Shown in pieces: positions 28,570 to 37,753 of a stretch of DNA of 64,000 nt. The first letter of the stretch is position 1. Each line of letters opens with the position of its first letter. The notes beneath the pieces were generated by a model that did no database searches, was not told where the DNA came from, and saw nothing but the letters and a program-made list of their open reading frames with translations. This DNA comes from Planctomycetota bacterium. GTDB taxonomy: Bacteria > Planctomycetota > UBA1135 > UBA2386. The translations under genes were made by a program, and so were the position numbers. The stretch lies in NCBI GenBank assembly GCA_046290465.1, contig JBKAGP010000001.1, positions 3,872,001 through 3,936,000 on the forward strand. Reading direction: 5' to 3'.

Positions 28570-30354
28570 TCAGAGCAGGATCGACGGGATCTCCAGCGGT
28601 GCCGCCCCGACGGGATCGGTCTGCTGGCCCGTCAGGTCCTCGGTCGGCTCGTAGCCACCCAGGTATCGGCTCGAGTTGCCACTGTTCTGGTTGGGGTGCA
28701 GGATCGTCTCGAGCCCCGCGACCACCAGCTCGCCCCAGTTGGCAACCACGTTGGAGAACGGCTTGATCAGCCAGAGGCTGCCGTTCGCGTCCATCATGTC
28801 GGCGATCAGCACGCTGGCCAGGACCTCCCCGGGGTGGCGCGTGAAGCGGCCGAGCACCGACTTCGACGCAAAGCCGTCGTTGCCGTTGTCGACCAGCGTG
28901 AACTCGAGCAGGCGACCGACGATCGTGCCGTTCTGCTCCAGCGGCACCGGGATCATCATGTCGAAGGTGCCGCCGCTCGCACCCGTCGGCAGGTCGGCGT
29001 AGTAGGTCGTCACCGACGACGTGTCGACGACGTCGCCCTGCATGCCGTACTGGTAGCAGCGGACCTCCATCTGGTCGTTGAGGCCCGTCGGCAGGTCGAA
29101 GCGAACGATCAACGCCGCGTGGTTCTGCGGAAACTGCCACGAGGTCAGGTAGGCGGGGTCGGTGACCAGGCCGCGAATCTCCGGCGAGGACAGCGTCGGC
29201 ACCGGCGCCTTCGCAAACAGCTGACCCGTGTGGTCGTGCATCTGCTCCGCGAAGTCCGCCACCACCACCAGCTGCTCCGAGCCGTCGGCCTGCAGCACCA
29301 GGTCGAGTTCGCCGTCGCGATCGATGTCGTCGAGGACCGACGCCGTGTGCGACGGCGTCGCCGACGGGTCGTGCTTGCGCAGGTAATAGCCGTTCTGCCA
29401 GGTCGGGCCGTTGGCCGTGCCGATCATGACGCGCTCGAGGTGGTCCGTGCACGAGACCACGACATCGCTGTAGGCGTCGTCGGTCAGCTGCGCCGCGACG
29501 ATGCCGTTGGGGATGCTCGGCAGCAGGAACGTCGGCGAGTCCCACGTGGTGGTCGAACCCGCCTGCCAGGTCCGCGCGAACCACTGCCCGCTGCCGGTCG
29601 GGATCACCGCGGTCACCCCCGGCGTGCCGCCCTGGTCGATCGCGCACAGCGAGCCGCGGCCGAACACCGGGAAGGCCTGCGACGCGAGCGCGTTGCCGAG
29701 GAAGTCGAGCACGAAGATGCCGGCAGAGCTCAGCACGACGATCTCAGGCATGCCGCCGGCGACCCAGTCGACCGTCGCGACGTCCCAGACGGTGGTGTTG
29801 GCCGGCGTCGGGATGCGCGGGCCGGGCACGATCGTGTCGTCGGCCATGTGCACGCCGCCCTGCACCCAGGAATCGGTGAACGCGACGAAGTGGTTCTCCG
29901 GGCCGCCCGCCGTGTGGTGCACACCCGAACGGATCTGGACCGCGCCGGCGTAGGCCGCCTCGCCCCCCGCCACCGACACGAACTGGCCGTTGTCGTAGCG
30001 CCAGAGGTCGACGCCGCCCGCCACCACCGCGGCCACCCGGTCGCTGGCCGTGCCGTCGTGGTTGGGCAGCGGGGCCAGCTGCCGCGCGCTCGGCAGCGCC
30101 GTCGCCGCCAGCGCGGCCGGCGTCCCGACCGCGGCGAAGTGGTCGAACTGCAGCGGCTGGAACGACAGGTAGGCCTGGCCTGCGCGCATCAGCAGCACCG
30201 AGCGCCCGACGTGGTCGGGCACGTGCTGGCCAGCCACGAGCGAGGCGCTCACCCCGGTCATCGAGGCGGGCCAGTCACGTTCGGTGCGGTAGAACTGGAG
30301 CTCCTGGGAGACCAGAGGAGCAGCGAGGATCAGGGGCAGCAGGAGCTTCATCAT
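28570..30354 (-). CDS. Secreted FG-GAP/VCBS-like beta-propeller protein with a C-terminal beta domain
   Basis: Signal peptide; DWVAGGMPEIVV, QLTDDAYSDVVV and DIDRDGELDLVL repeats. Confidence 0.65.
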   Translation of the reverse strand: MMKLLLPLILAAPLVSQELQFYRTERDWPASMTGVSASLVAGQHVPDHVGRSVLLMRAGQAYLSFQPLQFDHFAAVGTPAALAATALPSARQLAPLPNHDGTASDRVAAVVAGGVDLWRYDNGQFVSVAGGEAAYAGAVQIRSGVHHTAGGPENHFVAFTDSWVQGGVHMADDTIVPGPRIPTPANTTVWDVATVDWVAGGMPEIVVLSSAGIFVLDFLGNALASQAFPVFGRGSLCAIDQGGTPGVTAVIPTGSGQWFARTWQAGSTTTWDSPTFLLPSIPNGIVAAQLTDDAYSDVVVSCTDHLERVMIGTANGPTWQNGYYLRKHDPSATPSHTASVLDDIDRDGELDLVLQADGSEQLVVVADFAEQMHDHTGQLFAKAPVPTLSSPEIRGLVTDPAYLTSWQFPQNHAALIVRFDLPTGLNDQMEVRCYQYGMQGDVVDTSSVTTYYADLPTGASGGTFDMMIPVPLEQNGTIVGRLLEFTLVDNGNDGFASKSVLGRFTRHPGEVLASVLIADMMDANGSLWLIKPFSNVVANWGELVVAGLETILHPNQNSGNSSRYLGGYEPTEDLTGQQTDPVGAAPLEIPSILL

Positions 30355-30461
30355 CAGCAGGGTCAGCGAGTTGGGAGGACCGTAGCCGGGCGGGCCGCCC
30401 GACCAAGTGCCGTCCTGCCCGCAGCGTCACTGGGTGTGCCAGCTTTTGGCAAGCCGCGCGA

Positions 30462-30848
30462 TCAGCCGACTGCGTCCCGCACCACCGCCGTGTCGGTGAA
30501 CTGTCGGAAGCGCTTCACCCGGCCGTCGACGACGTCGAACAGGTGCACCGTCGCCGCGCGGAACGACCGACCGGACTCGCGGTGCGTGCCGCGGTAGCTG
30601 CCGACCACGGTCACGTGGGTGCCGGCCTCCAGCATCTCGTCGTCGTCGAAGCCGAAGCCGTCCCAGTGCCGGGCCAGCGTCTCGAACACCCCGGTGACGA
30701 CGTTGGCCGGCCCGACGTGGCGGCCGCCGTAGGGGAAGCCGTCGTTCTGGATCCACTCCAGGTCGTCGTGGCACAGCTCGGCGAAGCGGGCGTGGTCGCC
30801 GGAGCGGAACGACGCGTAGAGCGCCTCGATCAGTTCGATGTTGTTCAT
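30462..30848 (-). CDS. SnoaL/NTF2-like family protein
   Basis: NIELIEALYASF..GD, WIQNDGFPYGG, VTVVGSY, RFRQFTDT; alternative start 30884. Confidence 0.88.
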   Translation of the reverse strand: MNNIELIEALYASFRSGDHARFAELCHDDLEWIQNDGFPYGGRHVGPANVVTGVFETLARHWDGFGFDDDEMLEAGTHVTVVGSYRGTHRESGRSFRAATVHLFDVVDGRVKRFRQFTDTAVVRDAVG

Positions 30849-30905
30849 GGTCGGAGCGCCTGGCGCGGCGGACGAACGGGTCATGTCGGTTGCTTTCGGG
30901 AAATG

Positions 30906-30924
30906 GAGACGACCGGTCGTATTG
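30906..30924. promoter_or_regulatory. Putative TetR operator (core palindrome ACGACCGGTCGT) upstream of the SnoaL gene
   Basis: Exact 19-bp inverted copy of 31596-31614. Confidence 0.8.
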
Positions 30925-30990
30925 GAACCGGCCGCACAGGAATTGGATGACCAAGGAGATGGCCAGGAGGGAGATAGGCAGGAAGGCGGG

Positions 30991-31587
30991 TCAGGCGCCG
31001 GCGGCGAGGTAGCCGCCCAACACGTGCCGCAGACAGGCGGCCAGCGGCTCGAGCGAGCGTTCGATCTTCATCCGGATCACGGCGCCCTCCCACGCGTCGA
31101 CGAGCACGCGGGCCAGCTCGACCGCGGCGACGTCCCCGCGAATCAGGCCCTGGCGCTGGGCCGCGGCTACGGCTTCGCAGATGCCGCCGAGGTAGCGGCC
31201 GAACGCCTCGGCCAGCGCCTCGCGCAGGCGCGGCGAGGCTTCGAGTTCGCCACCGAGGTTGGCGACCAGGCAGCCACCGACGAAGCCAGACCGCTCGAAC
31301 TGCGCCATCTCGCCCTCGAAGAACGCGCGCAGCCCGGCCACCGGATCTGCGGCGGCGGCGAGCGCGTCGGCCAGCTTGGCGCCCATGCCGTCGGCGTAGA
31401 ACGAGATGGTCGCCACCCCGAACGCGTCCTTGCTGTCGAAGTAGTTGTAGAACGAGCCCTTGGGGATGCCGACGTCGTCGAGCACGGCCTTCAGGCCGGT
31501 GCCGTGGTAGCCGTTCTCGAGGAACAGGCGGATGCCGGCCTCGAGCAGCCGGCGGCGGGTGTCGATCTTGTCGGCTCGCGCGGCCAT
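30991..31587 (-). CDS. TetR/AcrR family regulator (NemR-like)
   Basis: LFLENGYHGTGL...GIPKGSFYNYFDSK HTH; GCLVANL; AWEGA. Confidence 0.93.
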   Translation of the reverse strand: MAARADKIDTRRRLLEAGIRLFLENGYHGTGLKAVLDDVGIPKGSFYNYFDSKDAFGVATISFYADGMGAKLADALAAAADPVAGLRAFFEGEMAQFERSGFVGGCLVANLGGELEASPRLREALAEAFGRYLGGICEAVAAAQRQGLIRGDVAAVELARVLVDAWEGAVIRMKIERSLEPLAACLRHVLGGYLAAGA

Positions 31588-31594
31588 CGCGGCG

Positions 31595-31623
31595 ACAATA
31601 CGACCGGTCGTCTCGATTCACAA
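31595..31623 (-). promoter_or_regulatory. Sigma70-type promoter with an embedded TetR operator; leaderless
   Basis: Minus strand TTGTGA-17nt-TATTGT-7nt-ATG; the spacer contains ACGACCGGTCG. Confidence 0.7.
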
Positions 31624-31654
31624 GGGGGCGCTGGCCCGACCTCCAGGCAGCCCG

Positions 31655-33127
31655 CTACTCCGGCACCGCGTGCAGCGTGTACCACGCGTCCCGGTTGGCC
31701 AGCGCCGCGCCGTCCGCTCCGGGCACGTCGACCGTCAGGTGGTAGACGTAGCCGAGCTCGAGCGGCAGCTGCAGGCGCGCAGTCCGCCCGCCCTCGGCGA
31801 GCGCCACCGACGCCACCGCGACCTCGCCGTTGTCGAGCTTGGGCGAGCCGTAGCCGGGATGGTGCCGGTAGCGCCAGCGCTCGACGCGGTAGCGCTGCGG
31901 CTCGACCGCACGCGCCGCGTCGGCCGGCCGCGTGAAGTGCACGTCGAAGCCACCCGCGGTGACCCCGACCCGCAGCAGCTCGAACGGCACCGTGGTGCCG
32001 TTCCAGACGATGCGCTGCAGACCGAACTTGGCCGGCCCGCGCGAGCCCCACCCCCGACCCGTCTGGCCGACCCACAGGCTGCCGTCCTTGGCGAACCGCG
32101 AGCGCACGACGCCGCTCTGCAGGTGGTCGACGAAGTTGATCGCGCAGCCCTGGTAGCGACCGCCGACCCGCTCCAGCACGATGCGGAACACGTTGGAGCG
32201 CGTCTGGTCGCCGCAGAACAACTGGCCGACGAACGGGCCGAAGCGGCCCTGCGTGGCGTCGAGCACCGGCTCGCCCGGTGAGTTGGCGAGGTCGCCGTGC
32301 GGGAACCACACCGCCGGCGCGCGCCGCAGCTGGCCGTACTTCTCGATCGGGATCGCGTCGAGGTCCTTGCCCGCGTAGTCGGGATGGTCGGTCAGCGACG
32401 ACGGGTGGCCGTGGAAGTCGCCGCGCTGCATCACGAACAGGCACGACGTCGCGACCCAGTCGCCCTGGTTGTCGGTGCACAGCAGTTCGCCGCGCGCGCC
32501 GAGGCCGATGCCGGCGGGCGAACGCAGCCCGCTCGACCACGGTTCGAACGCGCCGTCGGGCGTGATCCGCCACGACCAGCCGCGGTACTTCGCGGCGCGG
32601 CCCATCTTGCCGTCGTGCACGCGCGCGACGTCCCACTTGTCGCTGCCGGCCCAGCCGGGCCAGCTCAGCGTCGTGTTGAGCGAGCCGTAGAAGTTGCCGT
32701 CGGCGTCGCGCACGAGGCCGTAGGCGTACTCGTGGTAGTTGTCGGTCAGGCCCCACGCGTCGCAGACGGTGCGGAAGCGATCGGCGCGGCCGTCGCCGTC
32801 CTCGTCGATCAGCTCGGTCAGTTCGGGACGCTGCACGCAGAACACCTGCCTCGTCTTCGGGTCGACCAGCAGGCCGAGCGGCTCGTGCAGGCCGTCGGCG
32901 AACAGCTGCCACTTGCCGGCGCGCCAGGTCCAGACCTGGCCCTCGCGTGTGCTGACGAACAGCGTGCCGTCCGACGCGAACGACATGCCACCGACGCCGA
33001 ACGCGCGGCCCTTTGGCGTCTCGATCGTCTCGACCGTGTAGCCGGCCGGGATCACGTCGGGCTGCTGGGCGCAGAGGCCGGCCGCGGCGACGGCGAACAC
33101 CGCCGACCTCGTCGTGCAGCGCATCAT
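31655..33127 (-). CDS. Exported glucose/sorbosone-dehydrogenase-like beta-propeller protein
   Basis: Signal peptide; FADGLHEPLGL, VQRPELT, YHEYAYG, GLRSPAG, DNQGDW, GPFVGQLFCGDQ. Confidence 0.75.
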   Translation of the reverse strand: MMRCTTRSAVFAVAAAGLCAQQPDVIPAGYTVETIETPKGRAFGVGGMSFASDGTLFVSTREGQVWTWRAGKWQLFADGLHEPLGLLVDPKTRQVFCVQRPELTELIDEDGDGRADRFRTVCDAWGLTDNYHEYAYGLVRDADGNFYGSLNTTLSWPGWAGSDKWDVARVHDGKMGRAAKYRGWSWRITPDGAFEPWSSGLRSPAGIGLGARGELLCTDNQGDWVATSCLFVMQRGDFHGHPSSLTDHPDYAGKDLDAIPIEKYGQLRRAPAVWFPHGDLANSPGEPVLDATQGRFGPFVGQLFCGDQTRSNVFRIVLERVGGRYQGCAINFVDHLQSGVVRSRFAKDGSLWVGQTGRGWGSRGPAKFGLQRIVWNGTTVPFELLRVGVTAGGFDVHFTRPADAARAVEPQRYRVERWRYRHHPGYGSPKLDNGEVAVASVALAEGGRTARLQLPLELGYVYHLTVDVPGADGAALANRDAWYTLHAVPE

Positions 33128-34605
33128 CGCACGCCCTCCGGGTTGCCGACCGTGACCGAGAACGTCCTGGTGCCCGCCGGCACCGTCAGGAAGCCGTTCT
33201 GCAGCGCGCCGAGTCCGGACGCCACCTGCAGCCCCTTCGGGTCGATGCAGAACCGGACCGCGTCGGCGAGCGGTTCGGCGAACGTGAACGTGTAGGCCAG
33301 ACCGACGCCGACGGCCGCGGGCTCGACCGACCAGGTCATCGCCTTGCCGTCCCAGTCCAGGTCGAACGTCGGCATCGGCCTGGTGCGATAGCCACGGAAG
33401 CGCACCGGACGTGCGCTGCCGTCGGCGCGCCGCAGCGGGAAGCCGACGTCGCCGACGCCGAAGCGCGGCCCGAGCGTCTTGCACGGCCGGCCACCACGGC
33501 CGTCGCGATCCGGTCCGACGTCGAGGAACGCGCCCGCCCAGCCGAACTGCACCGCGCACCGTTCGGCGTCGAACGCGTAGTTCATGCCACCGGTCAGTCC
33601 GACCGCGATCGTGCGCGCGCTCGCGCCCTCGACGTGCACGCGCAGGACGACCGGATGGTGGTGCACCGCGACCGGCGTGACGCGCGCCGCCTTGGCCTGC
33701 CGGGTCCACAGCTTGCGACGCTTGCCGTCCGGGCCCGCCAACGCGAGCTTCAGCACCTGGCCACCGCCGCCCTGGAAGAACTCGACGCGCAGCTGGTGCG
33801 CGCCCGCCGTCAACGCGACCGAGCCGCGCTGCTCCGCGTTCGCCGGGTGCACACCGTCATGGGCGACGACCTCACGATCGTCGACCAGCACACGCGAACC
33901 GTCGTCGCTGTTGAGGAAGAACGTGTGCTGACCCGCGCGCGCCACCTCGATGCTGCCGGTGAACACGACCCCGTAGTCCTTGCGTTCGCCGAGCGGCGCC
34001 AGCTGCAGCAGGCCGTCGTCGAGGTCGCCCTCGCGGAACGGCGTCAGCGCGGTGAAGTCCGGCAGCTGCTGCCAACGGCCGCGGAACACGCGGTAGCGCA
34101 GGTTGGCGATCGGCACCGCGCCGCCCGGCTCCTTGCCGGCACCGACGTGCATCACGCCCTTCATCGTGAACGAGTGCCCCGGCAGCGTGCAGACGTAGGC
34201 GTAGTCGCCGGCCTGCTTCGGCGCGCGGAACCAGATCGTGTCGCTCTGGTCCAAGAAGATCGCCTTGGTGCTCGCCAGCACCTCGTCGAGGTCGGGCACG
34301 TAGTGCTTCTCGCTCGCCGATGCGCCGAGCTGCAGCGTCGCCGCCGCGACCTTCGCCGCGACCCCTTTGCCCTGCGCACACAGCACCAGGTTGTGCTGCA
34401 TCGCGTCGGTGTTGCGCAGGGTCAGCTTGACCTTGCTGCCGGGCGCCACGGTGAAGCGCTCCTTGTCGAAGCGCAGCTGGCCGGGCAGCACGCCGATCCG
34501 GATGTCGAAGTCGGTCTGCTCGAAGCCGGCGGGCGGCGACTGTCCGAGCAGCGACGCCGCGCACCACGCGAACGTCAGGAGACGCAGGGAGTTCGAGAGA
34601 GGCAC
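33124..34605 (-). CDS. Exported blue-copper (azurin/auracyanin-like) + PA14 domain protein
   Basis: Type-1 Cu ligands MQHN and CTLPGHSFTM; PA14 motifs FFLNSDDGSRV and VEFFQGGG; GTG start 7 nt after TAGGCT. Confidence 0.85.
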   Translation of the reverse strand: MPLSNSLRLLTFAWCAASLLGQSPPAGFEQTDFDIRIGVLPGQLRFDKERFTVAPGSKVKLTLRNTDAMQHNLVLCAQGKGVAAKVAAATLQLGASASEKHYVPDLDEVLASTKAIFLDQSDTIWFRAPKQAGDYAYVCTLPGHSFTMKGVMHVGAGKEPGGAVPIANLRYRVFRGRWQQLPDFTALTPFREGDLDDGLLQLAPLGERKDYGVVFTGSIEVARAGQHTFFLNSDDGSRVLVDDREVVAHDGVHPANAEQRGSVALTAGAHQLRVEFFQGGGGQVLKLALAGPDGKRRKLWTRQAKAARVTPVAVHHHPVVLRVHVEGASARTIAVGLTGGMNYAFDAERCAVQFGWAGAFLDVGPDRDGRGGRPCKTLGPRFGVGDVGFPLRRADGSARPVRFRGYRTRPMPTFDLDWDGKAMTWSVEPAAVGVGLAYTFTFAEPLADAVRFCIDPKGLQVASGLGALQNGFLTVPAGTRTFSVTVGNPEGVR

Positions 34606-34735
34606 GGCCGAGAGCCTATCCGCAGGGCCGGCGACCCCGGTTGCCACGCAGCAGAAAGCGACTAACGTCCTGCGCGGGCATACGCCCCAGGGAAGCACGG
34701 CCGTGGATCCGGCCGGAAACGCTCAGGAGACCTCC

Positions 34736-35797
34736 ATGCAGATCGCACGCATCCTCACCGCAGCCGCGCTCGGCGCGCTGCTCAGCGCGTCGCTCGGCGC
34801 GCAGAACGTCGTCTACCACGGCAACACGTCGACGACCACCGGCGGCCCCAACGCCTACCCGCTCGGCAAGGAAGGCATCCGCTGCCAGCAGCTGATCCCG
34901 GGCAGCGTGTTCGGCGGGCTGCCGTCGGTCATCAACGACGTCTACTTCAACATGTCGAACTACGGCGGCCTCGCCGGGACGCAGATCTACTTCGACGACA
35001 TCGAGATCCAGATGAGCTCGACGCCGTCGCAGTCGCTGAGCAGCGACTACGCCGCAAACATGCCGTTCGCGCAGCTGGTCTACCGCGGGCCGCTGCTGGT
35101 CAACCTGACCGGTGACGCCTGGAGCCCGATCGGGCTGCCGCTGTCGTACGTGTTCGTGCCGTTCTCGCCGACCGACAACCTGGTCGTCGACTTCACGATC
35201 TGGAGCGTCGCCGACAGCGGCGCGATGACCCCCAACAGCCTCGGCCACTACGTCTACTTCCGAACGGACACCAACCTCGGCATCGAACGCGCGGTCACCA
35301 CCGACTGGACCACGCTGCAACCGACGACCGCGCAGGCGGTCGACGACTACGGCGCCAAGATGGGCTTCCTGCTGTTCGACGGCCAGTTCGTCGCGCACCT
35401 CGGCTCGTGCCCGGGCTCGTCCGGTGCCGTCCCGCGGATCGGCGCACAACCCGGCACCTGGCCGGTGGCGAACTCGACGTTCGACGTCGAGCTGACCGAC
35501 GGGCCGAGCAACTCGCTCGCGGCACTCGTGCTGAGCCTCGAGACGACCAACTACCTCGGCGTGCCGCTGCCGTTCGACATGGCTCCGATCGGCGCCGCGG
35601 GCTGCACGTTCTGGCACGGCAGCGAGGTCGCCTTCGCGCCGGTGCTCACCGACGTCAACGGCGCGGCGACGCAGCCGCTGGTGTTCCCGGCGGCGTTCCC
35701 GGGCGGCATCCGCTTCTACGGCAGCTGGCTGACGCTCGACGCCAACGCCAACGCGCTCGGCATCGTGCCGTCCGGGTTCGCGACGATGAGCCTGTAG
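34736..35797 (+). CDS. Secreted protein with the shared C-terminal domain
   Basis: AGGAGA RBS, signal peptide ending GAQ, beta-rich body, C-terminal GSC...PLPFDM..IG..GC domain. Confidence 0.8.
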   Translation: MQIARILTAAALGALLSASLGAQNVVYHGNTSTTTGGPNAYPLGKEGIRCQQLIPGSVFGGLPSVINDVYFNMSNYGGLAGTQIYFDDIEIQMSSTPSQSLSSDYAANMPFAQLVYRGPLLVNLTGDAWSPIGLPLSYVFVPFSPTDNLVVDFTIWSVADSGAMTPNSLGHYVYFRTDTNLGIERAVTTDWTTLQPTTAQAVDDYGAKMGFLLFDGQFVAHLGSCPGSSGAVPRIGAQPGTWPVANSTFDVELTDGPSNSLAALVLSLETTNYLGVPLPFDMAPIGAAGCTFWHGSEVAFAPVLTDVNGAATQPLVFPAAFPGGIRFYGSWLTLDANANALGIVPSGFATMSL

Positions 35798-36069
35798 CGC
35801 GCGCGTCGCGTCGTTCGGGAAGAAGCGGACGGTCCGCATCCGTAACGAAGCTGTTGCAGCCGCTCGGCGGCGGCCACGGACCGACCCGGCTTCGAGAAGC
35901 CCCGAACAGTCTGGAACGGCACCCATTGCGGCCTCCCGCGCACGAATCGCAGCAGCGATCCGATTTCTCGCGTGACGAACGGCGCGCCCGGGCACGTTCG
36001 CAAAGGACACAGCGTGCGCGATCGACGGTACGCTGCCGCCCCCCTCACCACCCAACGAAGGAGCTGCCC

Positions 36070-37167
36070 GTGAACCACCGTGCCCCGATCCTCGCCGCGA
36101 CCGCCCTCGCGCTGTGCGCCGCCGACCTGCTTGCGCAGGACAACGTCTTCGTCGTCTTCCCGCAGGATCCGCTGCGCCAGACGATCACCGCCGCGTCGTA
36201 CGTACGCCGCCCCGACTGGAACCTCGCAGCCGAGGGCTTCCAGGAGGTCTCGACCGACTGGTTCCGCGGCGTCGGCAACCTCGGTGGCGGCGCGCTCGCG
36301 TTCGGCTTCTACCACTGGGCCGGCGACCTCGACTCGGCGACGGCCGAGACCTACGACGTGATCCTGCGCACCGCCGACGCCGCCGGGCAGCCGGACCTGG
36401 CGCCGACCGGCGTGATCGTCGAGGTCACCGGGCTGACGACGCCGACCGGCGGCGGCGGCAACCAGGGCTGGATCATGACCGACAACTTCGCGACGCCGGC
36501 GATCCTGCCGACCGACGCGACGTGGTTCCAGGGTATGCGCCTGCCGGCGAGCCCCAACTGGCCGAACACCGACGGACACTCGATCTGGTCGGCCGACACG
36601 CTCGCGATCGGCACGCCGGCGACCGTCGGCGAGAACGCCCGCATGACCGCGCCGCCGGTGACCTGGGCCGTCACCGCGAGCAGTTCGTTCCTGCAGACGC
36701 AGTGGACCTACATCATGGGCACGATCGTCGACAACCCGACGTTCCACCTCGGCGGCATCGACCCGGGGAGCCTGCGCACCGGCAGCGGCGTCGCCGGCGA
36801 CCCGAGCTACGGCATGGCGGGCCTGTTCCCCGACGTGTCGGGATCGCCGCGCATGGACGGGCTCAACATGCGCCTCGAGGACGGCAACGGTGCCAACGGC
36901 ATCGCGGTGTTCTTCGGCGGCAACGCGTGGCAGACGATCCCGTCGCTGCAGATCCCGCCGTTCGTCGGCGACGTGCAGATCGACCTCGCCAGCCTCGTGC
37001 CGCTCGGCTTCGCGCTGCCCGTCGGCGGCGCTGCCGTCGCACCGCTCGCCGGCCCCGGCGCCATCTCGCCCGCGCTGATCGGCAGCGAGCTGATGTTCCA
37101 GGGCCTGATGTTCGATCCGGCGACCGGCGGCGGCCAGCTGTCCAACGCCCAGGTCGTCAACTTCTGA
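36070..37167 (+). CDS. Secreted protein with a divergent version of the shared C-terminal domain
   Basis: AAGGAG RBS, GTG start, signal peptide ending LAQ; ends SPALIGSELMFQGLMFD...LSNAQVVNF. Confidence 0.8.
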   Translation: MNHRAPILAATALALCAADLLAQDNVFVVFPQDPLRQTITAASYVRRPDWNLAAEGFQEVSTDWFRGVGNLGGGALAFGFYHWAGDLDSATAETYDVILRTADAAGQPDLAPTGVIVEVTGLTTPTGGGGNQGWIMTDNFATPAILPTDATWFQGMRLPASPNWPNTDGHSIWSADTLAIGTPATVGENARMTAPPVTWAVTASSSFLQTQWTYIMGTIVDNPTFHLGGIDPGSLRTGSGVAGDPSYGMAGLFPDVSGSPRMDGLNMRLEDGNGANGIAVFFGGNAWQTIPSLQIPPFVGDVQIDLASLVPLGFALPVGGAAVAPLAGPGAISPALIGSELMFQGLMFDPATGGGQLSNAQVVNF

Positions 37168-37670
37168 TGATGCGCGGCGCCCTGTTGACCGCGCTCGCCG
37201 CGGCGCTGCTGGCCGGTGCCACCGCGTGGCGCTGCGGCTGCTTCGACGGCGAGGTCGAAGCGGCCACCGGCCCGTCCACGCCACCGCCGACGACCTCGCG
37301 CGATGCCGCAACCGGCACCGACGCGAGCACGGCGCAGGCCGCGTTCCCGGCCGAACCGGAGCCCGCCGCCCCCGCGCCGACCGACCCGCGCGCGACCATG
37401 CTGCTGCCCGACGGCAGCCGGGTCGCGACGCTCAACGGCGCGACCTCCGTGCGCCCGCTGCAGGAGGTCTGGCCCAAGAACCGACCGTGGAGCCCGATCG
37501 TCGGCGTCGAACGTTCGGACGTCGGCGTCGAGTGGTACGTGCACGCCGACGGCTGCCGCTCGACCACCGAGATGCGCTGGCGCGCCGACCTCGGCCGCGA
37601 CGACGCCGTCACCCGCGTCGCGCAGCCGATGCCCGCCGACGCCAAGCCGGTCACGACGCCGCCGAGGTAG
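37167..37670 (+). CDS. Small N-anchored exported protein
   Basis: TGATG coupling; hydrophobic N-terminus, Pro/Ala/Thr linker, short globular domain. Confidence 0.7.
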   Translation: MMRGALLTALAAALLAGATAWRCGCFDGEVEAATGPSTPPPTTSRDAATGTDASTAQAAFPAEPEPAAPAPTDPRATMLLPDGSRVATLNGATSVRPLQEVWPKNRPWSPIVGVERSDVGVEWYVHADGCRSTTEMRWRADLGRDDAVTRVAQPMPADAKPVTTPPR

Positions 37671-37753
37671 CGTCCGTCGGCGCCACCTTTGGCGTCGCAC
37701 GCGCGCACCATGGCCGGGGGTTCAGCTTTCTGTCGGTTCGGCTGAGCGCGCGC

